Below are positions 50,490 to 60,400 of a stretch of DNA of 64,000 nt, one piece after another. Every line of letters begins with the position of its first letter. Positions within the stretch are counted from its first letter, which is position 1. Under the pieces are notes generated by a model, which had not been told where the DNA came from, ran no database searches, and worked only from the letters and a program-made list of their open reading frames with translations. Origin of the DNA: Verrucomicrobiota bacterium (GTDB taxonomy: Bacteria > Verrucomicrobiota > Verrucomicrobiia > JAWXBN01 > JAWXCD01); contig JAWXCD010000004.1 in the NCBI GenBank assembly GCA_034440535.1, forward strand, positions 2,803 through 66,802, written 5' to 3'. The translations under genes were made by a program, and so were the position numbers.

Positions 50490-53400
50490 ATGCTGAACCG
50501 CATCATCAGTTTTTCGTTGCACAACCGGTTGTTCGTTGTGGCGTTCGCCTCGCTCCTGATGGTCTATGGAGTGATTATCCTATTGCGATTACCGGTGGAT
50601 GTCTTTCCGGACTTGAACCGTCCGACCGTCACCATTTTTTCGGAAGCTGGAGATTTAGCCCCAGAGGAAGTGGAGTCGTTGGTTACACTCCCATTGGAAA
50701 CGGCCATGAACGGTGCCAAGGGCGTATCGCGAGTGCGGTCCGCATCGAGTATTGGGCTTTCCATCGTATGGGTGGAATTTGAGTGGGGGACGGATATCTA
50801 TATTGATCGACAGATTGTCACCGAAAAACTGCAACAAGTTTCCCTACCCGAAAACGTTCGTCCTTTCCTTGCTCCGATTTCGTCCATTATGGGTGAGATC
50901 ATGCTGGTTGGTTTAGCCTCTGATGATCAATCAGTGTCGCCAATGGATCTTCGGACCTTGGCTGATTGGACGATCCGAAGGCGCTTATTATCCATCCCGG
51001 GCATCTCCCAGGTTTCAGTGATCGGCGGAGAGCTGAAGCAATACCAAGTGTTGGTCAACCCCGCTCAGTTGGCGTCATATCACCTCAGCCTTCACGACTT
51101 GGAAGAAACTCTTCAGAACGATAACGTGAATTCGACGGGAGGCTTTTTTAAGGATGGGTATCGGGAAGTTTTGGTTAGGAACATGGCCCGCATCCAAAGT
51201 CTCGACGACCTGCGCCAGACGACCGTGCGCACTGAAAATAATCAAGCCGTGCCGTTGTCGGCTTTTGCGGAAGTTCGCATAGGTGGGCCTTTGACAAAAC
51301 GCGGAGATGGATCCATCAATGGGAATCCAGCCATTATTTTATCTGTTCAGAAACAACCTTCGGCCGATACGGTGGCTCTAACCAAACGAGTCGATCGCGA
51401 ATTGGCAGACATCCAACGCGCGTTGCCATCGGGCATCACGCTCCACGCCGATCTTTTTCGTCAAAGCACTTTTATTCAGCGCGCTATTCGCAACGTTGAA
51501 GATGCGCTGCGTGACGGGTCGATTCTTGTCATTATAATTCTCTTTCTGTTCCTCCTGAATTTCCGCACAACGTTTATAACGCTCACGGCGATTCCGCTCT
51601 CCATTATAATCACGGTTATAGTGTTTCATCTATTCGGGATGACGATTAACACGATGACCCTTGGAGGACTTGCCGTAGCCATCGGGGAGTTGGTTGATGA
51701 CGCCATCGTGGATGTGGAAAACGTGTTTCGACGGTTAAGGGAGAATCAACTCTTGGACCAGCCGCTTCCAACGATTGACGTGGTTTATTCAGCCTCCAGT
51801 GAAGTGCGGAACTCAATTGTTTTTGCGTCGATCATTGTGGTGTTAGTCTTTCTTCCCTTGTTTGCGCTCGGTGGGGTGGAAGGTCGAATTTTTGCTCCGT
51901 TAGGAATTGCTTACATCACGTCTATTTTGGCTTCGTTAGTGGTCTCGCTGACCGTGACGCCTGCGTTATGTCAGTATTTGCTGCCCAAGCTAAAGCGGTT
52001 AAAAGAGGAAAAAGACGGTTGGGTCGTGCGTCAGATAAAACAGAAAGTAGCGACACTCCTTGCGTGGGGTTTTCCCCGAACAAAACCCGTGCTCCTTGCA
52101 GTGCTGATTGCGTTTATTCTGGCAATGATATGTGTCCCTTTTCTCGGTAAAGAATTTTTGCCCACTTTTAACGAAGGCAGTTTGACAGTCACCGTGTTAA
52201 CCAGCCCGGGGACCTCACTGGAGGAATCGAATCGTATTGGATCAATTGCAGAAAGAGTGCTCAAAGAAGTTCCAGAAATTAAAAAAACCGCCCGTCGTAC
52301 AGGACGTGCTGAGCAGGACGAGCATGCCGAAGGGGTGCACTCCTCGGAAATCGAGCTTGAACTGTCAGAGTCGGATCGAGACCGGGAAACAATACTTCAA
52401 GACGTCCGCGACAAACTGGCAACCATTCCAGGGATTTCTGTGAACATAGGTCAGCCGATCTCACACCGGATTGATCACATGCTCTCCGGGGTGCGCGCTC
52501 AAATCGCGGTAAAGATATTTGGTGCCGACTTAGCAGTACTTCGGGCAAAAGGCATAGAGATCCAATCGGTGATGGGCACGGTTCCTGGCATTGTCGACCT
52601 GCAAGTGGAGCGTCAGGTATTAATCCCACAGGTCCATGTGCTCGTTGACCGCAAGAAAGCCGCGCAGTTCAATGTCTCAGCTGGAGAAGTCGCACAATAC
52701 GCTGAGCTTTCCATGCAAGGTCGTACCGTTACTCAAGTTGTGGACGGACAAATGCAATTCGATGTTGTTCTACGTCTTCAAGAATCTTTCCGGGCATCAA
52801 GGGAGGTCTTGGCGCAGATTCCTATCGATACGCGGGATAACAAAGTGGTTCCCCTCGGGATGGTCGCGAGGATTGAGGAGGCAAAAGGTCCGAACGTTAT
52901 TAACCGAGAGAACGTTCAACGCCGGATGGTTGTGTCCGCTAACGTCGCCGATCGCGATCTAGTGGCCACAGTAAAAGAGGTTCAAGAGCGCGTCGCGCAA
53001 AAGGTGACACTTCCTGCTGGTTACTTTCTCGAGTACGGTGGTCAATTTGAAAGCCAAGCGTCCGCATCCCGCTTGATCGTCCTCCTTAGCTTGTTTTCTT
53101 TTGCAGGTATGTTCCTCGTTCTTTATTCCCACTTCGGGAGTGCCATGTTCGCCACACAAATCATGCTCAATATTCCATTGGCGTTTATGGGGGCCATTAT
53201 CGGGGTCCTTCTAACAGGAGGTGTTTTTTCCATTGCCTCCATGGTCGGGTTTATCGCGCTCACCGGAATCGCCGCGCGCAATGGAATCATGATGATCTCG
53301 CATTATATTCATCTGATTGAGCATGAAGGTCAAAAATTCGGAGTCGAAATGATCGTGCGCGGAACCCAAGAACGCCTTGTCCCGGTGCTGATGACGGCAC

Positions 53401-53597
53401 TGACGGCATCACTTGCGCTCCTTCCGCTTATTCTTTCGGGTAAGGAACCCGGCCGTGAAATTTTGCACCCGGTTGCGGTGGTCATTTTTTCCGGATTGTT
53501 TACATCGACGCTCCTTGACTTTATTGTGACGCCCCTTGTTTTCCTTAGGTTTGGTCGGGCTTCGATTGCGCGGGCCTTTCCAAAAGCGGTAGAATAG
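50490..53597 (+). CDS. heavy-metal efflux RND transporter (CzcA/CusA family)
   Basis: 1035 aa, 12 TM with two large periplasmic loops, 'AIGELVDDAIVDVENV' HME-RND TM4 motif. Confidence 0.93.
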   Translation: MLNRIISFSLHNRLFVVAFASLLMVYGVIILLRLPVDVFPDLNRPTVTIFSEAGDLAPEEVESLVTLPLETAMNGAKGVSRVRSASSIGLSIVWVEFEWGTDIYIDRQIVTEKLQQVSLPENVRPFLAPISSIMGEIMLVGLASDDQSVSPMDLRTLADWTIRRRLLSIPGISQVSVIGGELKQYQVLVNPAQLASYHLSLHDLEETLQNDNVNSTGGFFKDGYREVLVRNMARIQSLDDLRQTTVRTENNQAVPLSAFAEVRIGGPLTKRGDGSINGNPAIILSVQKQPSADTVALTKRVDRELADIQRALPSGITLHADLFRQSTFIQRAIRNVEDALRDGSILVIIILFLFLLNFRTTFITLTAIPLSIIITVIVFHLFGMTINTMTLGGLAVAIGELVDDAIVDVENVFRRLRENQLLDQPLPTIDVVYSASSEVRNSIVFASIIVVLVFLPLFALGGVEGRIFAPLGIAYITSILASLVVSLTVTPALCQYLLPKLKRLKEEKDGWVVRQIKQKVATLLAWGFPRTKPVLLAVLIAFILAMICVPFLGKEFLPTFNEGSLTVTVLTSPGTSLEESNRIGSIAERVLKEVPEIKKTARRTGRAEQDEHAEGVHSSEIELELSESDRDRETILQDVRDKLATIPGISVNIGQPISHRIDHMLSGVRAQIAVKIFGADLAVLRAKGIEIQSVMGTVPGIVDLQVERQVLIPQVHVLVDRKKAAQFNVSAGEVAQYAELSMQGRTVTQVVDGQMQFDVVLRLQESFRASREVLAQIPIDTRDNKVVPLGMVARIEEAKGPNVINRENVQRRMVVSANVADRDLVATVKEVQERVAQKVTLPAGYFLEYGGQFESQASASRLIVLLSLFSFAGMFLVLYSHFGSAMFATQIMLNIPLAFMGAIIGVLLTGGVFSIASMVGFIALTGIAARNGIMMISHYIHLIEHEGQKFGVEMIVRGTQERLVPVLMTALTASLALLPLILSGKEPGREILHPVAVVIFSGLFTSTLLDFIVTPLVFLRFGRASIARAFPKAVE

Positions 53598-53664
53598 GAA
53601 ACCGCCTAAAAATATTAATAAGAGTTAATTGATTTATTCCAAACTTTTGATATCATTAACGTTC

Positions 53665-54045
53665 ATGAAAAAAATCCTCCTTATATTGGTAGCTTCAACT
53701 CTGATTCTGAACACATACGCTAGCGACAAACATAAAGGTGACCCTAGCCACAACAAGTGGAACATCACTTCAGTAAAATGGATTCGCAGTACAAACAATC
53801 GCCTCAAAGACGATGACCGCCACGTTGTTCTCATTGGAAAAATTAAAAAGCAGATCAACGGCGATACCTACCTCTTTAATGATGGCACAGGCGACATAGA
53901 ATTAGATAGCCACCACGCGCTTCCAGTCGGAAAAGCGATCGTTGTTCGCGGGACGTTGGATCAAGCATGGTTAAATATGGGATTCAACAAACACAACGCT
54001 GACCTTGACGTTAAAAGCTGGCGCTACAACAAGCACGTGAAGTAA
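53665..54045 (+). CDS. YgiW/YdeI (BOF, bacterial OB-fold) family periplasmic protein
   Basis: signal peptide 'MKKILLILVASTLILNTYA'; 'VVLIGKIKKQINGDTYLFNDGTGDIELD' matches BOF consensus. Confidence 0.65.
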   Translation: MKKILLILVASTLILNTYASDKHKGDPSHNKWNITSVKWIRSTNNRLKDDDRHVVLIGKIKKQINGDTYLFNDGTGDIELDSHHALPVGKAIVVRGTLDQAWLNMGFNKHNADLDVKSWRYNKHVK

Positions 54046-54066
54046 ATTTTTTGTATTAGAATATCG

Positions 54067-54098
54067 AAGGCAAGGTCTGTGTGACCTTGCCTTTTTTT
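54067..54098 (+). terminator. rho-independent terminator after the metal-efflux operon
   Basis: AAGGCAAGGTC-TGTGTG-GACCTTGCCTT hairpin followed by T7. Confidence 0.55.
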
Positions 54099-54252
54099 AT
54101 GTAGAGGGAAAGTAGAGAAGATGCTGGGCCACGAACCAAAGTGCCAGATTAGCAATTAAATAGAGGCCAGGAGAGTGATTAATATCCGCTTTGAAGCTTT
54201 AACAAAGGCGTGGGCACATGGCCAAACCTTGCTGCTGATGTAAATAAAAGCT

Positions 54253-54618
54253 TTAAGTTTTCTCCGTCGGGTCGAATGGTTTTGCGCCATCTTCCTTGAC
54301 CACTTTACCACCCCAAGAAAGAACTTTGGCTTTTGTCCCAGCAGCTTCGGCTTCCGGAATTTGGTTATTCCTCACATAAGCCAAAGAAAGGCTGGTCCAA
54401 GCAATTTGATCGTTGGGGCTGAGTTCCGTAGCCTTTATTCCCGCAGCGATGGCCTCAGGAAATTTGTCGAGTTTCATATAGGTCATCCCAAGGGCATGCC
54501 ACCCGTCGAAAAAGGAGGGATCCTGTTCGACGCATTTTTCAAATAATTCAGCCGCGCGCGCGAGTTCCCCTATTGCAAATTCCCCATTCGCTTCGTCAAA
54601 AATCTCTTCTACGCTCAT
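54253..54618 (-). CDS. TPR-repeat protein
   Basis: three TPR-like helical hairpins ('WHALGMTYMKLDKFPEAIAAGIKATELSPN'). Confidence 0.6.
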   Translation of the reverse strand: MSVEEIFDEANGEFAIGELARAAELFEKCVEQDPSFFDGWHALGMTYMKLDKFPEAIAAGIKATELSPNDQIAWTSLSLAYVRNNQIPEAEAAGTKAKVLSWGGKVVKEDGAKPFDPTEKT

Positions 54619-54686
54619 TTGTATATGGTGTCATCTTTTGTGGGGCGGGTAAAGCTCCATGAACCGATTTTCTAAAGTGTTTCACT

Positions 54687-55090
54687 CACATCCATGATGT
54701 GTGGACACGGAGCTTCCGTGTTTTCCGATGCCGGAGGCATGACGGGTGCTGGCATCCCTCCGGGATGCGATCGCTTTGGGGACTGTGATCCGGTGGTGTC
54801 GCTCGTACCTCGCTCAACCACCGGCTACATGCTGGGAAGCCTCCGGCTTCTCTGATTGCGACCTTGGATGCCGTCATGGTCTTCAACTTCGACACATCCA
54901 TGATGTGTGGACACGGAGCTTCCGTGTTTTTCATGCCGGAGGTATGAAAGCCTGTAGCCGGTGGTTGAGCGAAGTGACACCACCGGATTACCAAATTAAC
55001 ATGAATCGCACCCCAGCAGGGGTGCCAGCCAAAATCCGCCCAGGCCATCGACACACCAATTAAACGCGGACACGGAGTTTCCGTGTTTCC
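54687..55090 (+). repeat. about 2.5 tandem copies of a ~206-bp hairpin-rich repeat (non-coding)
   Basis: 'CACATCCATGATGTGTGGACACGGAGCTTCCGTGTTTT' at 54687 and 54893, partial at 55066. Palindrome ACACGGA-GCT-TCCGTGT. Internal ~60-nt segment of unit 2 is an imperfect reverse complement of that in unit 1. Overlapping six-frame ORFs are artefacts. Confidence 0.85.
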
Positions 55091-55188
55091 CGAGTCGGAC
55101 ACATGACGTTGATGGCATCCGCAAAAATGAATGGGGAGTCCGTTATAATCGTATTGCGTATAGCGCACGGTGGGTTAAAAGACACGTT

Positions 55189-56214
55189 ATGAAATTTATT
55201 CACGTGGGAGTGGGCGGGTTCGGGCAACAATGGGTGCGGACTTTAAAAGCGTCGAAGGCGGCGGAAGTCGTTGCGATGGTGGATGTGAGTGAAAAATCGC
55301 TAGAAGCGGCTCGTGAAATAGGTGGATATTCCAAAAACATTTGCTATTCGAACCTCAAAGAGGCGATGGCCCATGTCAAAGCAGACGCGGTTGTTTCTAC
55401 GACACCCCCCGCGTTTCACAAAAAAGATGTCATCACATCTCTTAAATCTGGTTTGCATGTGATCAGTGAAAAGCCAATGAGCGACACGCTTCCTGCCTGC
55501 CTGGAAATGGTCCGCACGGCGCAGGCTACCGGGAAAACATACGTCGTTTCGCAAAACTACCGGACAAATCCCGGCATGTGGACCCTTTCTAAACTTATTC
55601 GCTCCGGGAAACTTGGGCAAGTTGGACAAATTAAAATTGATTTCTATATGGGCATCGATTTCGGGGGTGGGTTCCGTCATGAAATGCCGTATCCGGTGAT
55701 TGTTGACATGGCGATTCATCATTTTGATTTAATCCGGTTTATTACCGGCATGGATGCCATTGACGTTCAAGGAGTGTCGTGGAATCCACTTTGGTCGAAC
55801 TACAAAGGGGACTGTTCCAGTAACACTGTTTTTACAATGTCGAACAACGCCAAGGTTCTCTACACCGCCAGTTGGTGTGCCAAAGGTTCGTTTTGTGATT
55901 GGAATGGGAACTGGCAAATTGAATGTGAGAAGGGAACTGTAACTTATTCTCATGGCCAAATTAAATTGCACCGAACCAAAGGACTTTATCATGTCCAAAA
56001 AGTCGAGGACGTGAAGGCTGTGGGCCCTAAACGAAGCGGACAAGACTATGTGCTCGAAGAGTTTATGAGCGCTGTAAAGACTGGCAGCAAATCAATGACC
56101 GATTGCTTGGATAACATACGGAGTGTATCGATGGTTTTATCAGCGGTTGCTGCATTAAAATCGGGTAAAAAAGTGAAGGTACTTGATCCGAGGATCATAA
56201 AGTTGTTGGAATAA
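55189..56214 (+). CDS. Gfo/Idh/MocA-family NAD(P)-dependent oxidoreductase
   Basis: 'MKFIHVGVGGFGQQW' Rossmann start, 'EKP' motif 'VISEKPMSD', family-typical C-terminal domain. Confidence 0.85.
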   Translation: MKFIHVGVGGFGQQWVRTLKASKAAEVVAMVDVSEKSLEAAREIGGYSKNICYSNLKEAMAHVKADAVVSTTPPAFHKKDVITSLKSGLHVISEKPMSDTLPACLEMVRTAQATGKTYVVSQNYRTNPGMWTLSKLIRSGKLGQVGQIKIDFYMGIDFGGGFRHEMPYPVIVDMAIHHFDLIRFITGMDAIDVQGVSWNPLWSNYKGDCSSNTVFTMSNNAKVLYTASWCAKGSFCDWNGNWQIECEKGTVTYSHGQIKLHRTKGLYHVQKVEDVKAVGPKRSGQDYVLEEFMSAVKTGSKSMTDCLDNIRSVSMVLSAVAALKSGKKVKVLDPRIIKLLE

Positions 56215-56371
56215 CGGCCTTTCTCTAACAGTCATCTACGAAGTAAGCTTATCGAGGCCTAGAAGAACTCGTAATTTCTTCCAGGAAATCAAGTTTGTCT
56301 TTCGCGCAGGGCTTGAGTCTGTTATTATTAAATTGTTCCTTCTGTTTCTGACAAGGAATTCACCAAATTAG

Positions 56372-56647
56372 GTGGGTCACATGCGCAAACGTAGGGCACG
56401 TCGCAAGAAAACATTGCTCAATTCACATTTCTTATTAAACGAAAATCCGAGTCTTCATAATAAGGCTCCGAAAAAGAAAACGTTCGAAGACTGGTTCACC
56501 ATCGTACGGAGTCATCAGGATATTTTTGGGGTCGTAGTAGACGAAACACGGGCGCGCAAATATTTTGCCATGCGCTTTTCTCCAGTGCGCGCCCTTGAAA
56601 CTGAGACTGACCTCAATTCATCGACGATCACGCCGCTCGCAATGTAA
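56372..56647 (+). CDS. hypothetical small basic protein
   Basis: ORF only; Arg/Lys-rich N-terminus. Confidence 0.2.
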   Translation: MGHMRKRRARRKKTLLNSHFLLNENPSLHNKAPKKKTFEDWFTIVRSHQDIFGVVVDETRARKYFAMRFSPVRALETETDLNSSTITPLAM

Positions 56648-56922
56648 TCCGGTTTTTAGATGGGCGATCTCATCACCTCTTGTGACCGCGATTTTCAATT
56701 TTGAAAACTGGCCATGATCAGGTAGTCTTGGGCCATGCCTTTTTGTTTATACCGCCAGCTCGAAAGTCATCAGAGCGTAATAAATTCATTGCTCAACGTG
56801 CATCCTGAATCTCGGTTAGTGGTAAGGCCAATGAGTGCCGGGGTTTTTGAATCCATAGGTTTGCCCAGAAGTATTAACCCTTTAGGTGGGTCGTCTGGAA
56901 CTACCGGCAGGCGCGCTTAAGT

Positions 56923-57420
56923 ATGGAGAACAGACCTCATGGTTGTGAAGACTGCAAGGCTGCGTGCACTATTCATTTGACCCAAATTGTCGATGAAATG
57001 ATGCATAAGGTGGATATGTGCGAAGGATGTCCGCAAGCTAAAAAAATTGATGACCCGATAGGCTTTTCTATCGCGGATCAACTTTTAGGATTGGAGGTAA
57101 GTGAGGAGTTGGGGTCCCAAAAGGATCTGCGATGCGTTGCTTGCGGTTTTATCCAAGACGATTTTAAAAAACAGGGACGCTTAGGATGTCCCTCCTGCTA
57201 CGAGGCTTTTCTTCCGGGGATTACTCAATTACTCAAGAATATGCACAAGGGGTTGACCCATAAAGGCAAGGTCCCATTGAGGCTAAAAAAGGTATGGGCC
57301 ACCAAACTTCGGCTAGAAGAATTGCAGAAGGAACTCAAAACGTGCATTTCGAATGAGGACTTCGAAAACGCAGCCGCTCTGCGTGATCAAATCAGTCAGC
57401 TTAAAGCAGAGCTCTCTTGA
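56923..57420 (+). CDS. UvrB/UvrC-motif (UVR) protein with four CxxC pairs, McsA-like
   Basis: 'CEDCKAAC...CEGCPQA...CVACGF...CPSCYEAF' plus C-terminal UVR 'EDFENAAALRDQISQLKAE'. Confidence 0.6.
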   Translation: MENRPHGCEDCKAACTIHLTQIVDEMMHKVDMCEGCPQAKKIDDPIGFSIADQLLGLEVSEELGSQKDLRCVACGFIQDDFKKQGRLGCPSCYEAFLPGITQLLKNMHKGLTHKGKVPLRLKKVWATKLRLEELQKELKTCISNEDFENAAALRDQISQLKAELS

Positions 57421-57442
57421 ATAAGAGGGGCTAGGTAAGGCG

Positions 57443-60400
57443 CTATTCGATCAAATATTCATCGGGCCCACGCTCTCCCGCATCGGGATTCGCCTGTTCC
57501 GAATCTGGTTTTACTTCAGCTTCAGACTCCAGCGCTCCAGGATACCAAGGGAGAAAAGTTTCGCGTAGGAGCGGGCCCACAGTTTTACCGCCACCGATAT
57601 CTTCGCTCGGAGCACCCTCGGTCATCACAGTAAAGGCGTATTTAGGTTTATCAGCGGGGAGATAACCGGACATCCACGCCACGGATTTTGGAGATGCTTT
57701 GGTCCCGACCTGTGCGGTTCCCGTTTTGGCGGCAACTCGGATTCCTTTAAAGCGTACGGCTGAGCCCGTGCCCATTTCAGATACGGAAACCATGCCCTCG
57801 CGGAGTCTTGCTAGATCCGATGTGGCAAAGGTCACGGTTTTATCCACTTTGACTGGCGTGACCTGGATAGACCCGTCCGCGCGCCGGACTTGTTTAACCA
57901 AGCGAGGATGAAAAAGTTTCCCGTTACTGGCCAGCATCGCCATCACCCGCGCCATCTGTAAGGGCGTGACTAAAACATCCCCTTGTCCGATGGAGGCGTT
58001 CGTCACGTCCCCGGGTCCTAGAGTCCTTTTATGAGTCTTTCGGACAAACTCTGCTGTGGGTACGCGTCCTTCGACCTCGCCCGGTAAAATGATGCCCGTT
58101 GGCTGGCCTAAACCCACTTCGCGTGCGGTAGCAAATAAAAATTCCTTTCCAGTTCTCAAACCTAGGTCGAAAAAATATGTGTTATAGGAGTACGCCAGAG
58201 CTGTATTGAACGACACAACCCCCCGCTCTTTAGGAAGGTTATACGTGACGTTACCCACTTGAAAGTATCCGGGACAATTGACTGTTCGTGTGGGATCAAA
58301 AACCCCGGCCCGCATGGCGGCCAGTGCAGTCACTACCTTAAAAATGGAGCCGGGAGGATAATGTAATTGCATGGCGCGATTCAACAGTGGTTTTTGAGAA
58401 TCTGAAGTAAGGGTCTTCCACTTTTGAGGGGGTAACGCAGGTAGAAACTCATTGGGATTAAACGAAGGGAGTGAAGCCATGGCCAACACATCACCGGTCG
58501 CAATATCTATAATGACCCCCGCTGAGGCTTGTCGTTTGGCTAATGCTTTTTCGAGGGAAGCTTGCAATTTTGAGTCAATGGTTAACGTCACTTCCGCCCC
58601 AGGTTTTGGAGTTTTGGTAATGGAGGCGGACCGCGTAAACCCGTCGGGGGTAGTGGCAATTTGGAATGTCCCTTCCTGGCCAGCTAGTTCTTCGTCCAGC
58701 ATTTGTTCGATGCCTGTGGCCCCCGCAAAACTGTCTTGCACGACTTCTCGGGCGACAAAGATCCCGTCGTTTGGTTTTTGAGTACGGCGAAGGTAACCGA
58801 TCCCGTGAGCAAACATCGCATTACCAGGATAAGCCCGCGTAGGTTTTCCACGGAGCCCAAAGCCGACGGCATTAAGCTTGGTTTGATAATAGGAATCGAT
58901 TTGGCCGCGGGTTAAATTTTCAACTACCGTGACCGGTTCAAAGCGTCGATTGACATAGAGTTGTTCGAGGAACGAGTCGGGCGGAAGTTTAGCTCGGGGC
59001 AAAATCGGAGGGATCACGAGAACCTGTTTTTTAACCCAGGCCACCGCCAGCGCAGCGGTCGGTGCCACATCGGTTGAAGGCCAGCTCAGGACGAGGTCAT
59101 ACGTTTGAACCGTGTGAGCCAAAGGAGCTCCGTCACTTGTGATCACTTGCCCGCGAACACCCGGGACACGCATTTCAAGCACAGGAGGTATGCCCGTGCG
59201 CGTGAAAGTTGATTGATCCGTCGGGCCTTTAAGTTCTCCTTCTAATATCATGGAAGTTAAACGGGCGGACCACCCTTCCGGCGCTGCATTTTCATCCGTC
59301 GCCAGACTTTGTGCTTTGGACACCTGGTCTTTAGTGAGATAACACACCACGCCATTTCTTTGAGGTGCCAACAAGGCCAAACCTCGGACCTTTCCGGAGT
59401 ACCGATTCACTTCATATTTCTGCAATCCTTCCGGTGCAGGATATTCAATCAACCCGGGTTGAACCACCAAAGCTTTCGACATCAATGACACCCACAGCGG
59501 CACAGCCATATCCCTTATGTGTGCCCGAGTACCTAAGCCCCCTCCATCGTCACGCCCCAACCACACAGCAGTGACCAACGCTTCAGGCGAATATCCCACA
59601 AATAACGTATCGCGCATGCCTTCGCTTATCCCAGACATCCCCACAACAGCTGAGGGGAGTGTCGTTGCCAAAAAAGAACCGCCCGCCGTCCCGTCACTGA
59701 GCGCTTGTTTTAAAGTTAAACTCACTTGTTGCGCAGTCATGGGCTGAAAAATTACCCGACTTTCAGGTTTTGCGTTGTACAAAACCTCGCCCTCCTGAGT
59801 CACAACCTTTTCAATGATATGCGGCTTTAAATACTGCCCTTCATTGGAGAATGTTTGGAACAAAGAACATAATGTGATGAGGTTAAGAGGCACCGTACCA
59901 TTTTTTTGAACCTGCGGATTTTCCAGGCCGACCTTGGTGAGAACAGCCGAAACCTGAGCCGGTCCAAGAGTATTAAATAAACGCCGCGCTGTAGAAAAAT
60001 TTCCAGTGGCGAGAGCGTCTTGGATCGTGATAAAAAATGCTGCGGGGTTTTGAGCAGGGCTCCCCGAAAGCGGTCCCCATTGGTCAGGTTTGGTGCCCGG
60101 CTCAATGGCGCTTGCGTTCATGAGTGTCGCAGGCGAAAACCCCATCTGCTCAAAGGCCATGGCATATAATAAAGGATGTAACGCCGTTCCAACGTCGCGG
60201 TATGCCATGGTTGCACGGTCAAAAGGAGTTTTTGAAAATTCACTGCCTCCCACCAAAGCGCGGATTCCACCTGATTTTGAATCAAGCATCACACACGCAC
60301 CTTGCAGGTCAGGAATAGGGTTGGCCGGATTTTTCCGCATGCTCTCAATATTACGGCGCACCTCGAACTCGGCAATGCGTTGGAGCGGCTCATCGATTGT

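Noticed and set aside
54687-55090. Possible CRISPR array (three copies of a 38-nt palindromic repeat)
   Set aside because: Inter-repeat segments are 160-206 nt and related to each other, including reverse-complement copies. This is a long tandem repeat, not a repeat-spacer array.
54686-55168. ORFs of 160 aa (-) and 105 aa (+) predicted across the tandem repeat
   Set aside because: Both are generated by the repeated/palindromic sequence, overlap on opposite strands, and lack plausible starts or protein-like composition.
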